NCBI RefSeq assembly: GCF_036321535.1
Contig: NC_087437.1
Coordinates: 25,856,001 to 25,920,000 of the forward strand
DNA from: Camelus dromedarius
Taxonomy: Eukaryota
Reading direction: 5' to 3'
DNA: 64,000 nt
The notes under the pieces were generated by a model. It worked only from the letters and a program-made list of their open reading frames with translations, ran no database searches and was not told the DNA's origin. This document shows positions 1-13,563 of this stretch, piece after piece. Position 1 is the first letter of the stretch. Each line of letters opens with the position of its first letter. Made by a program: the position numbers and the translations under genes.

Positions 1-64
1 TTCCTATTAAATCTGCTTTGTACGTCACTGAAGTTCTTATTTTTTGAAGATTCTTCTATATTCT

Positions 65-223
65 TTTTTTTCCTGATTTTTTGTTTTTATTGAAGTATAG
101 TCAGTTTACAATGTTGTATCAATTTCTGGTATACAGCACAATGCTTCCGTCATACCTGAACATATATATATTCATTTTCATATTCTTTTTCACTGTAAGC
201 TACTACAAGATACAGAATATCCC
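65..223 (-). mobile_element. Short 5'-truncated young L1 3' end
   Basis: T-rich tail, L1 3' UTR similar to 30050-30240; TSD CTATATTCT at 56-64 and 224-232. Confidence 0.8.
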
Positions 224-1408
224 CTATATTCTCAGCCCTGCTTTGTCTTCACTTGTCTCCTACTCATTCTGGTTCCTACAGGTATGCATATCAAACATGC
301 TCTTTGCTTGAACCAGAATGTCTCACCTTCTACCAATCCCCAATATCTTTAATCTATACTCCGTTAGTTCCTATTCCCAGATTTCCATGTGTGGTTGGAA
401 AGTAGTATTGATTTAACTTTCACATATATTCCACACCAACTGAAGCCTAACACTCTAAAAACCTTACTTTTATGCAATGGCTGCAAACCCAGTCTACCTT
501 CCTCAACTTCCCATTACCTTACTCTGCAGATACTCTTGTCTCACAGTTCACTGATTATACTCTTGCTATTATCTACCTCCATACTAGGCTTTATTTTTCT
601 CTAACAATTTGCTTTATTCTCTTTTCTGCTGGTAGTCTCTTCCATGTTCTCTTCCTCTCAAAGTAGTGACACAAATAAAATCATAAAAAAATTGATCTAG
701 CAGCCAACTATCTACCCTATCTACCAATCTCAGTTTTTTCCTCACTTTTAAAGACAAATCGTGAAAAATGGTCTATCCCTACAGCTGCTCTACTTCACAA
801 TCCCCTTACTCCTACAATTTGGCTACATGTCTCATTATTATCGTGAAACTATTCTGGGAGTTAACTTCTGAATCACCAAATTAAATAGCCTTTACTAAGC
901 CTCTGCACTATGTGACACTACTGACCATTCCCTCTTTCTTGATTACGCTGTCTTTACCGAGATTCTATGAGTTTTCTCTCCTTTCTTCATACTTCTCCCC
1001 TTGACAGAATCTCTTCCAATGGATCCTCCTTATTGTCTGAAACGTGGACATTCCTCCAAGTTTTGGTCCTTAATAGGTTTATTTTCTCTATATATACTCT
1101 TCTCAATGTTTTGAATCTTCTCCCATGACACAGAACCAGGGACAGAAGTAAGCAAGGTCTTCTGACTAGTAATTCAAAACTTGCCATTTCATGTAAATTT
1201 TATATTTTTTCCTAACTTTAAGAATTACTTACCTGGTGAATTATTTATTTCACTCACTTCAACCATTAGTTCATAAAAAGTAGTTTAAGTAGCTAAAGAA
1301 ACAATTTATACGTCAGTGTATTTAAGACTTTATATCTAAAAAATATTATTCAATTAAATGTTAACAAAGAAAAAAACTGTTTTCTAAAAAGACTTTCTTT
1401 CTCCATAC

Positions 1409-1588
1409 CTTCCAATAGTAGCTCTGCCTTCATTTTTCACAGACTGATAAATCTTTCTCTCTTCCTCTGAAAGTGTAATGTGCTGAATAAATACTTTACG
1501 TTCTGGTAACTCCAAAACAGGTTTTCCTTTAATTTTGCTTGTCTTTGTTCTTCTAAGTGTAATATTTTTAATTAGGGACTGTAAACGC
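1409..1588 (-). CDS. HLTF: HLTF exon 18 (RLQSLIKNITLRRTK...GRATIG); gene continues beyond the left edge
   Basis: AG/GTATGG boundaries, 180 nt; overlaps ORF 1384..1596. Confidence 0.96.
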
Positions 1589-2256
1589 CTAGTCAAAATA
1601 AAACAAGTAATTATATAACTTTTTATTTCTATAAGTTAACTCAATGAGAACAAAAAATATTTTGATTTATTACTGTTTTACAACCTTAGTAAAGGTTTTT
1701 TTTTTCTTTTAAAATATCCTTTGGTGTTTTTATTCAATCTGATAATGAAAGACATATTCTACAGACAGAAAAACTATAGCAACAAAACACATTTAAATTT
1801 GCTCTCAATTCAATACCTGTTAGTTTAACCTTTTATCTCATCCTCATTTTTCTTAAGCTCTTCTCTCCCCATTTTTCTAATCACTAACCCTTTCTATTTC
1901 CCAATTCTGTCAACTACACCACCCAATGTTTGACATTCAAACTCTGAATAAGCACCTACTACTAAGTGCAAGGCATTACACTACTCTAGGCAAAAAATTT
2001 GAACATTAGCCTAGTACCTTGATAAATGGCTATCACCATGTTGGGAAAGGTGGGTTAACTTTTAATAGTAGTCAGAAATTTCTGTCTCCTCAAATAAGAA
2101 TCACTAGATTTTAGGAGTCAAAGGCATTAAGATGTAATCACTTTTTGGAGAGGAAAGCCAACAGTCAGGTTAAAATAGTAATGAAAGTGGTAACTGATTC
2201 AAGCTGCTAACAATTATTTGCAGCTAATATTAATCAGTTGTCATGAAATTACTTAC

Positions 2257-2392
2257 CTAAGTCCTCCTTCATCTCCCATTGTGACAGGACGCTGTATTGT
2301 TCTATGCCACCATTCTCTATCAAGAAATGGTTTAAGTTTTAAAAAGGAAAGAAGAGACCACAAGTCCTTTAAAGAATTCTGGATTGGAGTGC
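2257..2392 (-). CDS. HLTF: HLTF exon 17 (GTPIQNSLKDLWSLLSFLKLKPF...), motif III
   Basis: AG/GTAAGT boundaries, 136 nt. Confidence 0.96.
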
Positions 2393-3039
2393 CTAAAAAA
2401 ACAGAAAACTGTTATAACTCTATGGCCAGAATACACAATCAGAATATCCACTTGGCCCAATCAGTTGAGACAACAGTTGAAAATGGGCACTTTGTACTTA
2501 AGCACAACCGCTAACAATTAAGCTGTAATCCTTTGTTAAACATATATACAATTTCAAAATATAGTCTGGCTCTAATTTTGAGCTCTCACTTGCCATACTA
2601 ACAAAAAGACCACAGACCCCGTAAACTCAATTTTCTCCTTATCAAGAACATTTGCTTATTTGATTTTTAAATCAGCAGCACTAGCAAGAAGGAAAGATCT
2701 AATGTGAGTTTACAGTCTCTTCCCCACCTTCCAAAGTAAAGGTTCACGAGTAGCAAGATGGGAAGTAGAAAAATCATGATTCTGATTGGAAGATTAAAGT
2801 GTCTAGAGTTTCCAAGGTTCAAAAATAAATCTAGTGACTGTTTCATAAATGAACAATAATTCAAATGTTGCTCTATTATGGGCAGTTATAAAAAAAAAGT
2901 CAAGATGTTTTATTACATGATTCTATGAATAATTTTGGGAGAGACCTTATTATCCACTTTAAGTTTACAAAGTTACTTAATAACTTACTTAATGATACAT
3001 ATTTGGGAATTAATTATTTAAAATATACACTATCATTAC

Positions 3040-3178
3040 CTGTCAATACCCATCTTCTTTCTGCTTCTAAATCAAGTACAGCTTTTGTCTGCTGAGCATT
3101 TGGATTTCGTATGGCATGTCCTTCATCCAGGATCACTCTTAGCCACCTTATGCTATGTAATGGACTATCACCTTTAGT
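3040..3178 (-). CDS. HLTF: HLTF exon 16 (TKGDSPLHSIRWLRVILDEGHAIRNP...RWVLT), DEGH box
   Basis: AG/GTAAT boundaries, 139 nt, Walker B DEGH. Confidence 0.97.
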
Positions 3179-3269
3179 CTAAAATAAATGTTTCATATGA
3201 ATTAAAAACACAGGAAGGTAAAATAGTACTTTATGTAATTTGGTAAGTAATATGAGTTATTATTCTTAA

Positions 3270-3500
3270 CTTATTTACTATGCGGTAGGTACTGCTTTAA
3301 GCACTACATATATTAAGTTACTGAATGTTCACAAACTTATGAAGTATTATTATCCCTATTTTATAGATGAGAAAATTGAAGCACCAAGGTGTGAAGTACG
3401 TTGCTCAAAGTAACACAGCTAGGAAGTACAGAGTTAGCATTCAAACCCAGATAGTCCAGCTCTCTGCTAAGACCTTGGTTCAAAACACTAAGCTATTCTG
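3270..3500 (-). mobile_element. MIR SINE (other MIRs near 7555-7750, 15080-15300, 23170-23370, 26760-26970, 44500-44720, 50155-50290, 55950-56140, 60500-60690)
   Basis: MIR core TTTTATAGATGAGAAAATTGAAGCAC; boundaries approximate. Confidence 0.65.
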
Positions 3501-4053
3501 CCTCAGAAACATATGATGATATAAAAATTGTCAACTTTAAGAATTATTTGAATATAACAAAATTACATTCTTTTATGTAAAAGTTAATGTTCTTAACTTG
3601 AAGACTAAAATTTTTACTATTAAGTATTTCGGAAAACATTTTAACTTAACTGGAATTACAGACAAACAATAATTAGATGTCTAAATGAACTGGGAAACTT
3701 ACAAACTTCAGATACAAAAAAGCTTATTTTTAAACTAGATAATCAATAATCAAACCATTGTGATAGAAAATATTCCACAATATTAGAAAAAACAGAATTC
3801 ATTTACAAACTGCTGTATGTAATTATAACTTTAAGTGTTCTATATGGAAAATATTACTAAATTATGATCTAAAGGAAGCCCAACGAACCTTTTTTGCACA
3901 AGATTAAAAAACAATTTCCTATTTATTTCCTATATATTAAGTATTTAGAAAGAAAAAAGGGAAGAGTATAAAATCTGAATTTCAGAACACTTTAGAAACT
4001 TGAAGCAATTTCTTAAATTCAACTTTTGAAAATCTGAGTATCAACATACTTAC

Positions 4054-4197
4054 TCCATAGTCATGAGTTAAAATATTGTATGTAGTTAAAACAATATCCT
4101 GCTTTGAAAGCAAGGCTGGGTCTCTAACACGATCAGGACCATAATAAACATAAAAATTCAAGTGCACATCTGATTTTATATGTTGTCCAAACTGATC
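4054..4197 (-). CDS. HLTF: HLTF exon 15 (DQFGQHIKSDVHLNFYVYYGPDR...IVLTTYNILTHDYG)
   Basis: AG/GTAAGT boundaries, 144 nt; overlaps ORF 3982..4167. Confidence 0.96.
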
Positions 4198-7100
4198 CTA
4201 AAATAAAATTAGAAATATTTTTAATAATAAGTAGATTAATGTCAAGTTCAATACGTGTATAAAATGTACTGTCTTGGCAGTAGTGTCACAAATCAAACTA
4301 CTAAAATTGCAAAAAATCAAGTTTCATGCAATTTAAACTAAAATAATGATAGTAACACTATTAATTACTTTATTGTCAAGGAAACTGACATATACACAAC
4401 AATAATACATTATAGAAATCTGTCTGGCCCTCCCAGTGAGCAGCAGCTTCATTTTTAGAAGGAAAAAGCAACCCCACTTTTTAAAAACAGTAATTAGTTT
4501 TTTTTAATTTAGTATTTTAACAAAAAGGATCTTTCAATGTTTCCAGTTAGTGACTTACTAGTATCAAAATTAAACAGTAAAAGAAAAGTAAGCAATATTT
4601 TCATGAATGGAGGCAGGGATTCAAGCACAGTATCCACTCTCATTCATTTATTATAGGCCTATACAGTATAATTTATTATTATACTGTTTGCCAGGTATCA
4701 ACCAGAAGGGTGGTACGGATAAAAAGAAAAAGAAGACCTGATCCCTGCTCTCCTTGAGAACATGCTCAATTTAAAATACCTGTTTTTTTGTTTTTTTTCC
4801 TAATCATGAAAACAGTAAATCTGGGAGATTCTGAGCAGGAAAAATAAAATCATGATTAGATGAGAGACAGAAGACAACAGGGAGACACAGCTGAGAAGCT
4901 ATTAGGTGAAATATGATGAAGACCTAAATCAGAATGGCAGAAGTAAGAACAGAATGGAAAGGACTGGTGTGAAACAAAGACACTAAGAAGAAGGGACTGA
5001 TGAGACTTCAGGATAATTAAAAGGGGAAAGGAAGCATAATGATGAGAAACAGACAGTGAGTATTATCAGTTAAGACATTTAAAATTTCTGGTCACTGTAG
5101 AATATCTGACCGGAGAAGTATAGACTAGGAAAATTTAAATACTGGCCTGTAATGGAAGTGTAGAAATGGACTTTCAGGTTAAGAGTAGACAGTACATGAA
5201 GTTATAGGAATGAAAAAGATTTTCTAAGGAGAGAAAATGCAATGAGAAAAGGGAGCCAGGGGAAGAGCCTATAGAACAGTAGTATTTAAAGAGCAGACTT
5301 AAGCTTCTATTGGGAAATATGACATGATGTCTGGGATATGATTTAAAATACTTCAGCAAAGAAAAAATAAAGCAAATGTGGTGAACTTTTGGTTCTTGAA
5401 TCTAGACTAAATGGTGGTCTCATTACAAATTTCATAATACTAAAAGAAAAAAATCATGCTTTAAGGGGAAAAAAGGCAGATTAATTAGAAAGCATGGAAG
5501 GAAAATAGAGAAAAACAGTAGTCAGAAAGTTGGGACAGCAAACAAAATCTTGGGAGGAGGATTAAAGAATATCAAAGTTTCAAGAACAAATATAAAATAG
5601 ATTTTTTAATTTGTAATTTATGTTCATTTCCTTTCTTTACCAAAAGGACTAACGATGATCTACTAAGACAGACATAACAAAGGTAAGAAAAGCAAAAAGA
5701 AAGTCAGGGCAGAGGAAAAGAAAAAGGGAACTCACCAGACATGGCAACAATTAAGTCACTGAAGGCATTCACAAAAGTTTCTATGGAGGGTGGGAGCAAA
5801 AACTGGATTTACTATGGGCTGAAGAAAGAATGTAATCTGAGACAATAAAGGCAAAAATACAGAGACAGGATAAAACATGCAAGAGTTACGGTGAAAATGC
5901 AGAGACTTTTATCAACAAATCTGGTGGAAAAGGAAAGGAGAGAGAAAATAATGAGAAAATTAATCAATGGGTTGCCCTGAAATGGAACAGAGAATACTTG
6001 TGGAAAGGTTAGACTTGAAACAGAAGAAAATTAACTCTTTGGAGAAAGAATTATAATGAGTTTCAAGTCACTGTGCTAGGTTATGTGTGTATGTGTATGT
6101 GTGTGTAAATGAAATAGGTGTCATTATTTCCTTTTCCATTGGGTGGAAAAAGTAAACTCTCAAAATATCCAAAAAAATCATGTGGTAGAAGTGAGACTGG
6201 TATCTTACTGTTTTAACTGAATTCTATTCTATGTCTGAAGACAAGGAAAGGAATATAAGGTAGCTCTAGCCTGCTCATTAGAGTGCTAGGTAATGTGACT
6301 TGGGAACTAGGAAGAGAGCAGCTTACTGAGAGATTGCAAGATTCGAATTCTTATCCCTATATGTTCAACCATCACATTTCTTTAAAAATCAGTTTTTCCA
6401 TAACCTCAGTAGGCATGATTTTGCCAAGGTTTCCTTTCTGAAGTTTATATCATCTAAACTTTTGTTGTTTCCGTATCACCTAAACTCTTGTTGTTTTCCA
6501 AATATAATATATTGAAATATATTTATTTCCAAATATAATGAAACAGTGATTACTCATTTTAAAAAATACATATCCACACCCCCAACCATCTAAAGAATCA
6601 CTGTTCTTTTGTTTATACCTCCATTAGTACTTGTAAACTTCACCCTGAAACTGCCATTCAAGTACCCATGTATTGTCCTTCTGGCAATGGATCACACATG
6701 GGAAAAAAAAAAAGCAGTAATTTTGTTGAATTAAAAAAAAACAGCAAGAAAGAACTAAAACTCATCCTAGTCCTGAGAGGAAAAACGACACTAATCAGGA
6801 GAAGGTGTAATTAAAAAATAAATACACCAAAAACTTATAATAAAAAGGTAAGTGCCAAAGAAGGCAAGGCTATATAAAAGTCAAGAAGATAGGAAAGAGG
6901 CCATGGAATTTGACAATGAGACAATAACTACTGACCTTTTCCAATGCAATTTAGAGAACTGGTGGCAGAAGCCAAATTACAATGAGCTAAGGAGTCAGTA
7001 AGTAAAAGCACAAAGGAGAGCACAAAGTGGAAATTAAACCCCGAGGTATGACAGTGAAGGAAAAAAAAGTAGTAACTTAAAGGTGAGACATAATCAAGAG

Positions 7101-8118
7101 AAAGTATTGAAAAATGAAAAAGATCTGAGAACATTTCATGAAAGAGCCAGGGGGGAGACCAAGAAGAAGAAAAATAACAGACAAAATGCAAAGGCAGAAA
7201 GAGAATCTAATGTACAGACTAAGGTATTGATCTTATAAAGAGCAGGACCTCTTCCACCTCTGAGATTAGAGGAGGAAAGGCCAAGAGAGATGTAGATAAC
7301 TTTGGAGGTGGCAAGAATGGAAGTTCACATCCAGTGGTCTTTATGTTCACAATGCTTCCAACAGTCATTATTTCATTATAACATGCAGCTTGAAGCTCAA
7401 AATGGAAAGGAAACAGAACCCAAGCTGCTCCTTACGCATAACACATAGAGGTTCCATTCCAATGTAATGTTTTAGAACAGAAATGCAGTGTGGAATAAAA
7501 CATAAAAATAAAAGAAAAATAAGACAAAATTTTCTGGTGGGCAGCCTTAAAAGCATAGGCTCCAGAGTCAGAACGTTGGAGACTACATCCTAGCTCCATC
7601 ATTTATTAACTAGATGACTTAGGCAAGTTACTTAACTTCTCTGTGTTTCAATTCAGTCACCTGGAGAATGAGAACAGTTGTGAGGATTACATGAGAAAAT
7701 CTATGAAAAGAGCTTAGGGAAAAACTGAGCACACAGAAGCTCACTAAATGTTACAAGTTGTTACAAAAACAAATGTTATTTTTAGTGGTATTCTTAGAAA
7801 AGAGGTCCCAACAGTTCATAAATATGATGTGGTCTTAAATTACACCCTTTTCCTACTCTGGGGGACAGAAATGGAAGAGGCAGAAGTACAAACCAAATCC
7901 TACCATAGCAACTGACAGTTTCTCTACCATAAATCCTCAAAGAAAAATCACTTCCGTTGAGCAAATATAATCTCAATTCACTTAACAATTATTTGAGTTT
8001 AGATACAAAGTGCTGACTAAATTTATTTCTCCCAATGAATGACTCTGTAACACAATACTTTTTATAATGTAAAACAAATATAAATTATATCACATTTTAA
8101 AGAGCTGGGAAGACTTAC

Positions 8119-8216
8119 AATCCAGTTGCTCAACACAGAAAGTGGACAGATGATCAGTGTTGTTCTTGGTCTCTCTTCAACATCAGCTTTCTTTGAAACC
8201 TCCACTGCAGATGCTC
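8119..8216 (-). CDS. HLTF: HLTF exon 14 (...RPRTTLIICPLSVLSNWI), helicase motif Ia
   Basis: AG/GTAAGT boundaries, 98 nt. Confidence 0.96.
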
Positions 8217-8549
8217 CTGAAAGAATCAATCAGTGACACACCCTTTAGCTGCTCTCTTTTCCTCAAATACACATGGAATCAATAAGGAGATGATAAAAGG
8301 AATTAGGAAGAATTAAAATGAGGGATTCTGTTTCTAGCCATAATGAAATAACAGAAACTAAATTTTACTGTGCCACTTTATACAACTAAAAATGCAGACA
8401 GTGATTATTTATGGGGGGAGGTAGAGGATTGTGGCTGGGAAGGGGCACAAGGAGAAAATTTTGGAGTATCTCCTGATATTCGTTAGGTTATTCAGTTATT
8501 AAGGTGAATATTTATTTTATGTGGTTTTCTAAATTTGTATTATAGTTAA

Positions 8550-8815
8550 TATGGTAGCCAGACTCCAAGACGGCCCCCAATGATATTTACTTTCTGACAC
8601 TCACAATCTTGTGTAGTCCCCTCCCACTCTCAACTAGGACTGGCTTACAGGACCAATGGGGATATGGTAGAAACGATGGTATACTACTTCTGAGATTAAG
8701 TTATAAAAGATGCAGCTTCTGTCTTGAGTGCTCTCTCCCTCTCTCTCCTGATCACTCCCTCTGGGGGAAGCCAGCTGCCATGCTGTGAGGACACTCAGGC
8801 AGCCTATGGAAGAAT
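8550..8815 (+). mobile_element. MaLR LTR fragment (MLT1F-like)
   Basis: Characteristic GGGGAAGCCAGCTGCCATGCTGTGAGG and 5' TGGTAGCCAGACTCCAAGA; boundaries approximate. Confidence 0.65.
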
Positions 8816-9806
8816 ATACTACAATTTTATTTTCCATTCCCCTACTGGACATTATTTCCAATATTTCACTAAAATAATGTGGCAATGACAACTATTTTTT
8901 CACATCTACTTGTATATATCTGTAGAGTTCTAGGTAGTGTATCTTTGGCTTCATTGTATTTGGCCTACTTGCTCTCCGTGGTAATTTACATTCACATCCA
9001 CTGTGTATTCCTGTTGACGCACAACCTTGCCTATACTTGACACTGAGATTTTAAAATATTTGTAAATATGATGGGTGAGATGGTATCTCACTATTCCTTT
9101 AATCTGTATTTCCCCAATGACAGAGTCTGCCTATCTTTTCCTATGGTTACTGGTCATTTGGATTTTCTTTCCATGGACTGTACATTGATATTCTTAGTAT
9201 CTAGCCTCCTATTGGGTTGTCGTTTTCTAACTGATTTGTAAAAGATTCTTTACATATTCTAGATATTAATCCTTTTTTAAGTTGTAGTTATCACAAATTC
9301 TTCTTAAGCTTTATCATTCCTTTGTTTGCATAGAAACTTAAAATGCAGCATAATTTAAACAATAATTTCCTTATGACTTCTGGTGTCTTAAGTTTAAGAA
9401 ATCACCATCACAAGACATGGCTTCCATCTCTACTCACTCATTTTTGCTTCTATTCTGCTTCTCTTCTAGAAATATGGTTTTTTGGGTTTAACATAGCTAT
9501 GATTTTTCAAGATTCTCTCTTGTATTACAGCTATTGTCTGCAACAGAAAGGGACTTTTTTTCTGTGAAATTAATTCTCTCTCAATTAAAAATTCCACATT
9601 TCTAAAAATTTCTAAAGTTAGGATCAAGTGTAGTAATCTATCTGAAATGCCTATATATTCTATTCCTAGTTGATTTTCAGATGAAAAGTTGGTTCTTTCT
9701 AAACATTCTTCGTTAGCTCAAATATCACCTTCTTAAATATGCACCTTCAATCAATCTTTATTTCACTATGGTCTTTTATTTTCCTAACAGTACTTATTAA
9801 AATTGT

Positions 9807-11395
9807 TCCATATATATTTAGGTGCTCCTATGTTGGTACATATTTACTTAGAATTGTTGTATCTTCTTGGATCGATTCCTTGATCATTATGTAGTGTCCT
9901 TTGTTTCTTATAACAGTCTTTATTTCAAAGTCTATTTTGTCTGATGTAAGTATTGCTACTCTAGCTTTCCTTTAATTTCCATTTGCATGGAATACCTTTT
10001 TCCATCCCCTTGCTTTCAGAGTGTGCATGTGTCTCTATATCTGAAGTGAGTCTGCTGTAGGTAGCATATATATGGGTCTTGTTTTTGTATCCATTCAGCC
10101 AGTCTGTGTCTTCTGGTTGAGCATTTAGTCTGTTTACATTTAAGGTAATTATTGATATGTACTTTTAATTGCCATTTTGTTAATTGTTTTGGATCTGTTC
10201 TTGTAGGTCTTTTTTTCCCTTTCTTTTGTTTTCTTCTCTTGTGACTTGATTATCTTTAGTGTCATGTTTGGATTCCTTTTTTTGTGTGTGTATATCTATT
10301 ACAGATTTTCGATTTGCAGTTACCGTGAGATTTTGTATAGCAGTCTCTATATAAGTGATTGCTTTAAGTTGCTGATCTCAATTTCAAACGTATTTTATTT
10401 TATTTTTTAATAAAGCATTTTTATTGTTTTGGTTTTTGCTTGTTTGTTTGGGGAGGAGGTAATTAGGTGGTTTTTTTTTTTTTAATGGAAGTATGGGGGA
10501 TTGAACCCAGGACGTTGTGTGTGCTAGGCATGCATTTTACAAGTGAGCTATACCCTCTCTCCTCAAATGCATCTTAAATACCCCACATTTATACTCTCCT
10601 CCCCCACGAACAGTTTTTGAGATCATATTTTACGTCTAATTTTTCTGTGTATCCCTTAACCACTTATTGTAGATATAGGTGATTTTACTACTTTTATCTT
10701 TTAACTTCCCTACTAGCTTTGTGTGTGGGTATTTCCTACCTTTACTGACTACTTGCCTTTACCAGTGAGCTCTTTCATTTTGTAGTTTTCTTGTTTCTAG
10801 TTGTGACCTTTTCTGCCTAGAGAAGTTCCTTTAGCATTTATTGTAAAGCTGGTTTGGTGGTGCTGAATTCTATTAGCTTTTGCTTGTCTGTAAAGCTTTT
10901 AATTTCTTCATTAAATCTAAACGAGGGCCCAGATGGGTAGAGTATTCTTTGGTTCTAAATTTTTCCTTTTCATCACTTTAAATATATCATGCCATTCCCT
11001 TCTGGCTTGTCAAGTTTCTGTTGAAAAAAATCAGCTGATGGTCTTTTGGTATTTCCCTTGTATGTTATTTGTTGCTTTTCCCTTTCTGCTTTTACTATTC
11101 TGTCTTTATCTTTAATTTTTGTCATTTTAATTACAATGTGTCTTGGTGTCTTCCTCTTAGAATTCATCCTGTATGGAACTCTCTGTGCTTCCTGGACTTG
11201 GGTGACTGTTTCCTTTCCCAGGTTAGGGACATTGTCAGCTATTATGTCTTCAAAAATGTTCCCAGGCCCTTCCTCTCTCTCTTCTCCTTCTGGGACCCCT
11301 GTAATGTGAATATTAAAGCACCTGACGTTGTCCAAGAGGTCTCTTAAACTGTCCTCATTTCTTTTCATTCTTTTCTGTTCAGTAGCAGTGATTTA
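9807..11395 (-). mobile_element. L1 inverted segment (ORF1 C-terminus, spacer, start of ORF2 endonuclease)
   Basis: ORF 10973..11368 is L1 ORF1p-like (NIHITGVPEGEER...TPRHIVIKM); ORF2 N-terminal-like sequence toward 9810. Confidence 0.88.
10400..10562 (-). mobile_element. Vic-1-like tRNA-derived SINE nested in L1
   Basis: Reverse complement reads GGGTATAGCTCACTTGTAAAATGCATGCCTAGC...GGTTCAATCCCC plus A-rich tail. Confidence 0.8.
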
Positions 11396-11399
11396 CACA

Positions 11400-12888
11400 G
11401 AGCTAGAGGAATCATGCTCTCTGACTTCAGATTATACTACTAACCTATAGTAATCAAAACAGTATGGTACTGGCACAAAAAAGAGACATATAGATCAATG
11501 GAACAGGATAGAGAGCCCAGAAATAAGCCCACACAATTATGATTAATTAATCTATGACAAAGGAGGAAAGACTATATAATGGAGAGAAGACAGTCTCTTT
11601 AATAAGTGGTACTAGGAAAACTGGACAGCTACATGTAAAATAATGAAATGAAAACATTCTGACATCGTATACAAAAATAAATTCAAAATGGATTAAAGAG
11701 CTAAATGTAAGACCAGATACTCTAAAACTCCTAGAGGAGAACATAGGCAGAACACTCTTTGACATATATTGCAATCATATTTTTTTTGGATCTGTCTCCT
11801 AATTAGGTAATAAAAGCAAAAATAAACAAATGGGACATAATTAAACTCAAAAGCTTTTGCACAGGAAAGGAAACCATCAACAAAACCTACTGAACGGGAG
11901 AAAATATTTGCAAATGATATGACTGATAAGAGATTAATAACCAACATACATAAACAGCTCATACAACTCAACATCAAAAAACCAAACAACCAGATTTAAA
12001 AATGGGCAGAAGAACTGAATAAACATTTTTCCAAAGAAGACATGCAGATGGCCAATGGGCACATGAAAAGATGCTCAATATCGCTAATCATCAGGGAAAT
12101 GCAAATAAAAACCACATGAGATATCACCTCACATCTGTCAGATAACTATCATCAAAAAGAACACAAATAACAAATGTCAGTGAGGATATGGAGAAAAGGG
12201 AACTCTCCTACACTGTTGGTAGGAATGAAAATTGTTGCAGCCACTGTGGAAAATAATACGGAGGTTTCTCAAAAAACTAAAAATAGAATATATGAGCCAG
12301 CAATTCCACTCCTGGACATATATTTTAAAGATATAAAACCACTAATTCAAAGATACATCCACCCCAATGTTTACAGCAGCATTATTTACAATTACCAAGA
12401 TATGGAAGCAATCTAAGTGTCCATAAACAGATGAATGGATAAAGACGACGTTACACACACACACACACACCCCAGAATACTACTCATCCATAAAAAAGAA
12501 TGAAATCTTGCCATTTGCAGCAACATGGATGGATTTGAGAGGGCATTATGCTAAGTGAAACAATTCAGAGAAATAAAGACAAATATCATTTATATGTGGA
12601 ATCTGAAAAATACAACAAACCAGTGAATATAACAAAAAAGAAGTGAACTTACAGATATAGAGAACAAATTAGTGGTTATCAGTGGGGGAGAGGGGATTAA
12701 GAGGTACAAACTGTTAGGTATAATATTAGCTATAAGGATATACTGTACAACACAAGGAATATAGCCAATATTTTATAATAGTTACAAATGGAGTATAGCC
12801 TTTAAAAATTGTAAATCACTATACTGTACACTTATAACATATAATATTGTACAGGAACTATACTTCAATAAAACAACTAAAATTAAAG
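11400..12888 (+). mobile_element. L1 ORF2 3' part plus 3' UTR and A-rich tail
   Basis: Typical L1 ORF2 C-terminal sequence, decayed; ends in AATAAA and A-rich tail. Confidence 0.9.
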
Positions 12889-13473
12889 AAAATTATGTTT
12901 ATTCATTTTTTCCATCATTAGACATAAGCTCCATGAAAATACGTCTATCTGCTGTATTCCCAACATGTAAAACAGAAAAGACTAAGGTGCAGAGATATTT
13001 AATAACTTGTCCCAGATCACCTTAACCACAGTTCAGTCTCTTTCCACTTCAAATATTTAAGACTCTTAAACAGTGTCATTTTCCTATGAATTACAAAATA
13101 TGAAGTTATAATAAAGATCATTGACATTTTTAATTGAAAAGCAAATTCTTCTCATACCAAGAATTAAAACTTTATTATAATTCAAATAAATCCAAATTAA
13201 ATTTTAAAGCAGCCATTAAGTGCTCTATGCCTTCATTAGAAGAAATATCTCTGCTACTCAGAAGAGTAAGTAACCTCTTCCCAACCATATTTTTGACCTA
13301 ACTAAAACAAATACAACAGAAAAACAGACTCATCAAAATGTACTTTTAAAAATGAGATTACTTATTTCTCTACTTTCTTAACTTCTTATAATATGGTTTT
13401 ATAACTTGTCACTGAAATTGTTTTCCGAAAAATAGAAAAAAATCAAAGCTAAAAGCTCAGCAGATTTACTGAC

Positions 13474-13563
13474 CTTTTTTCAACATTTTCTTTTTTGTTG
13501 CAGGGGTAGATGAAGTAAGTGCACATGCAAACTCTGCATCTTCTTTAACTTTAGAAGAACCTG
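13474..13563 (-). CDS. HLTF: HLTF exon 13 (AGSSKVKEDAEFACALTSSTPATKKKMLKK)
   Basis: CAGCAG tandem acceptor, GTCAGT donor, 90 (or 87) nt. Confidence 0.92.
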
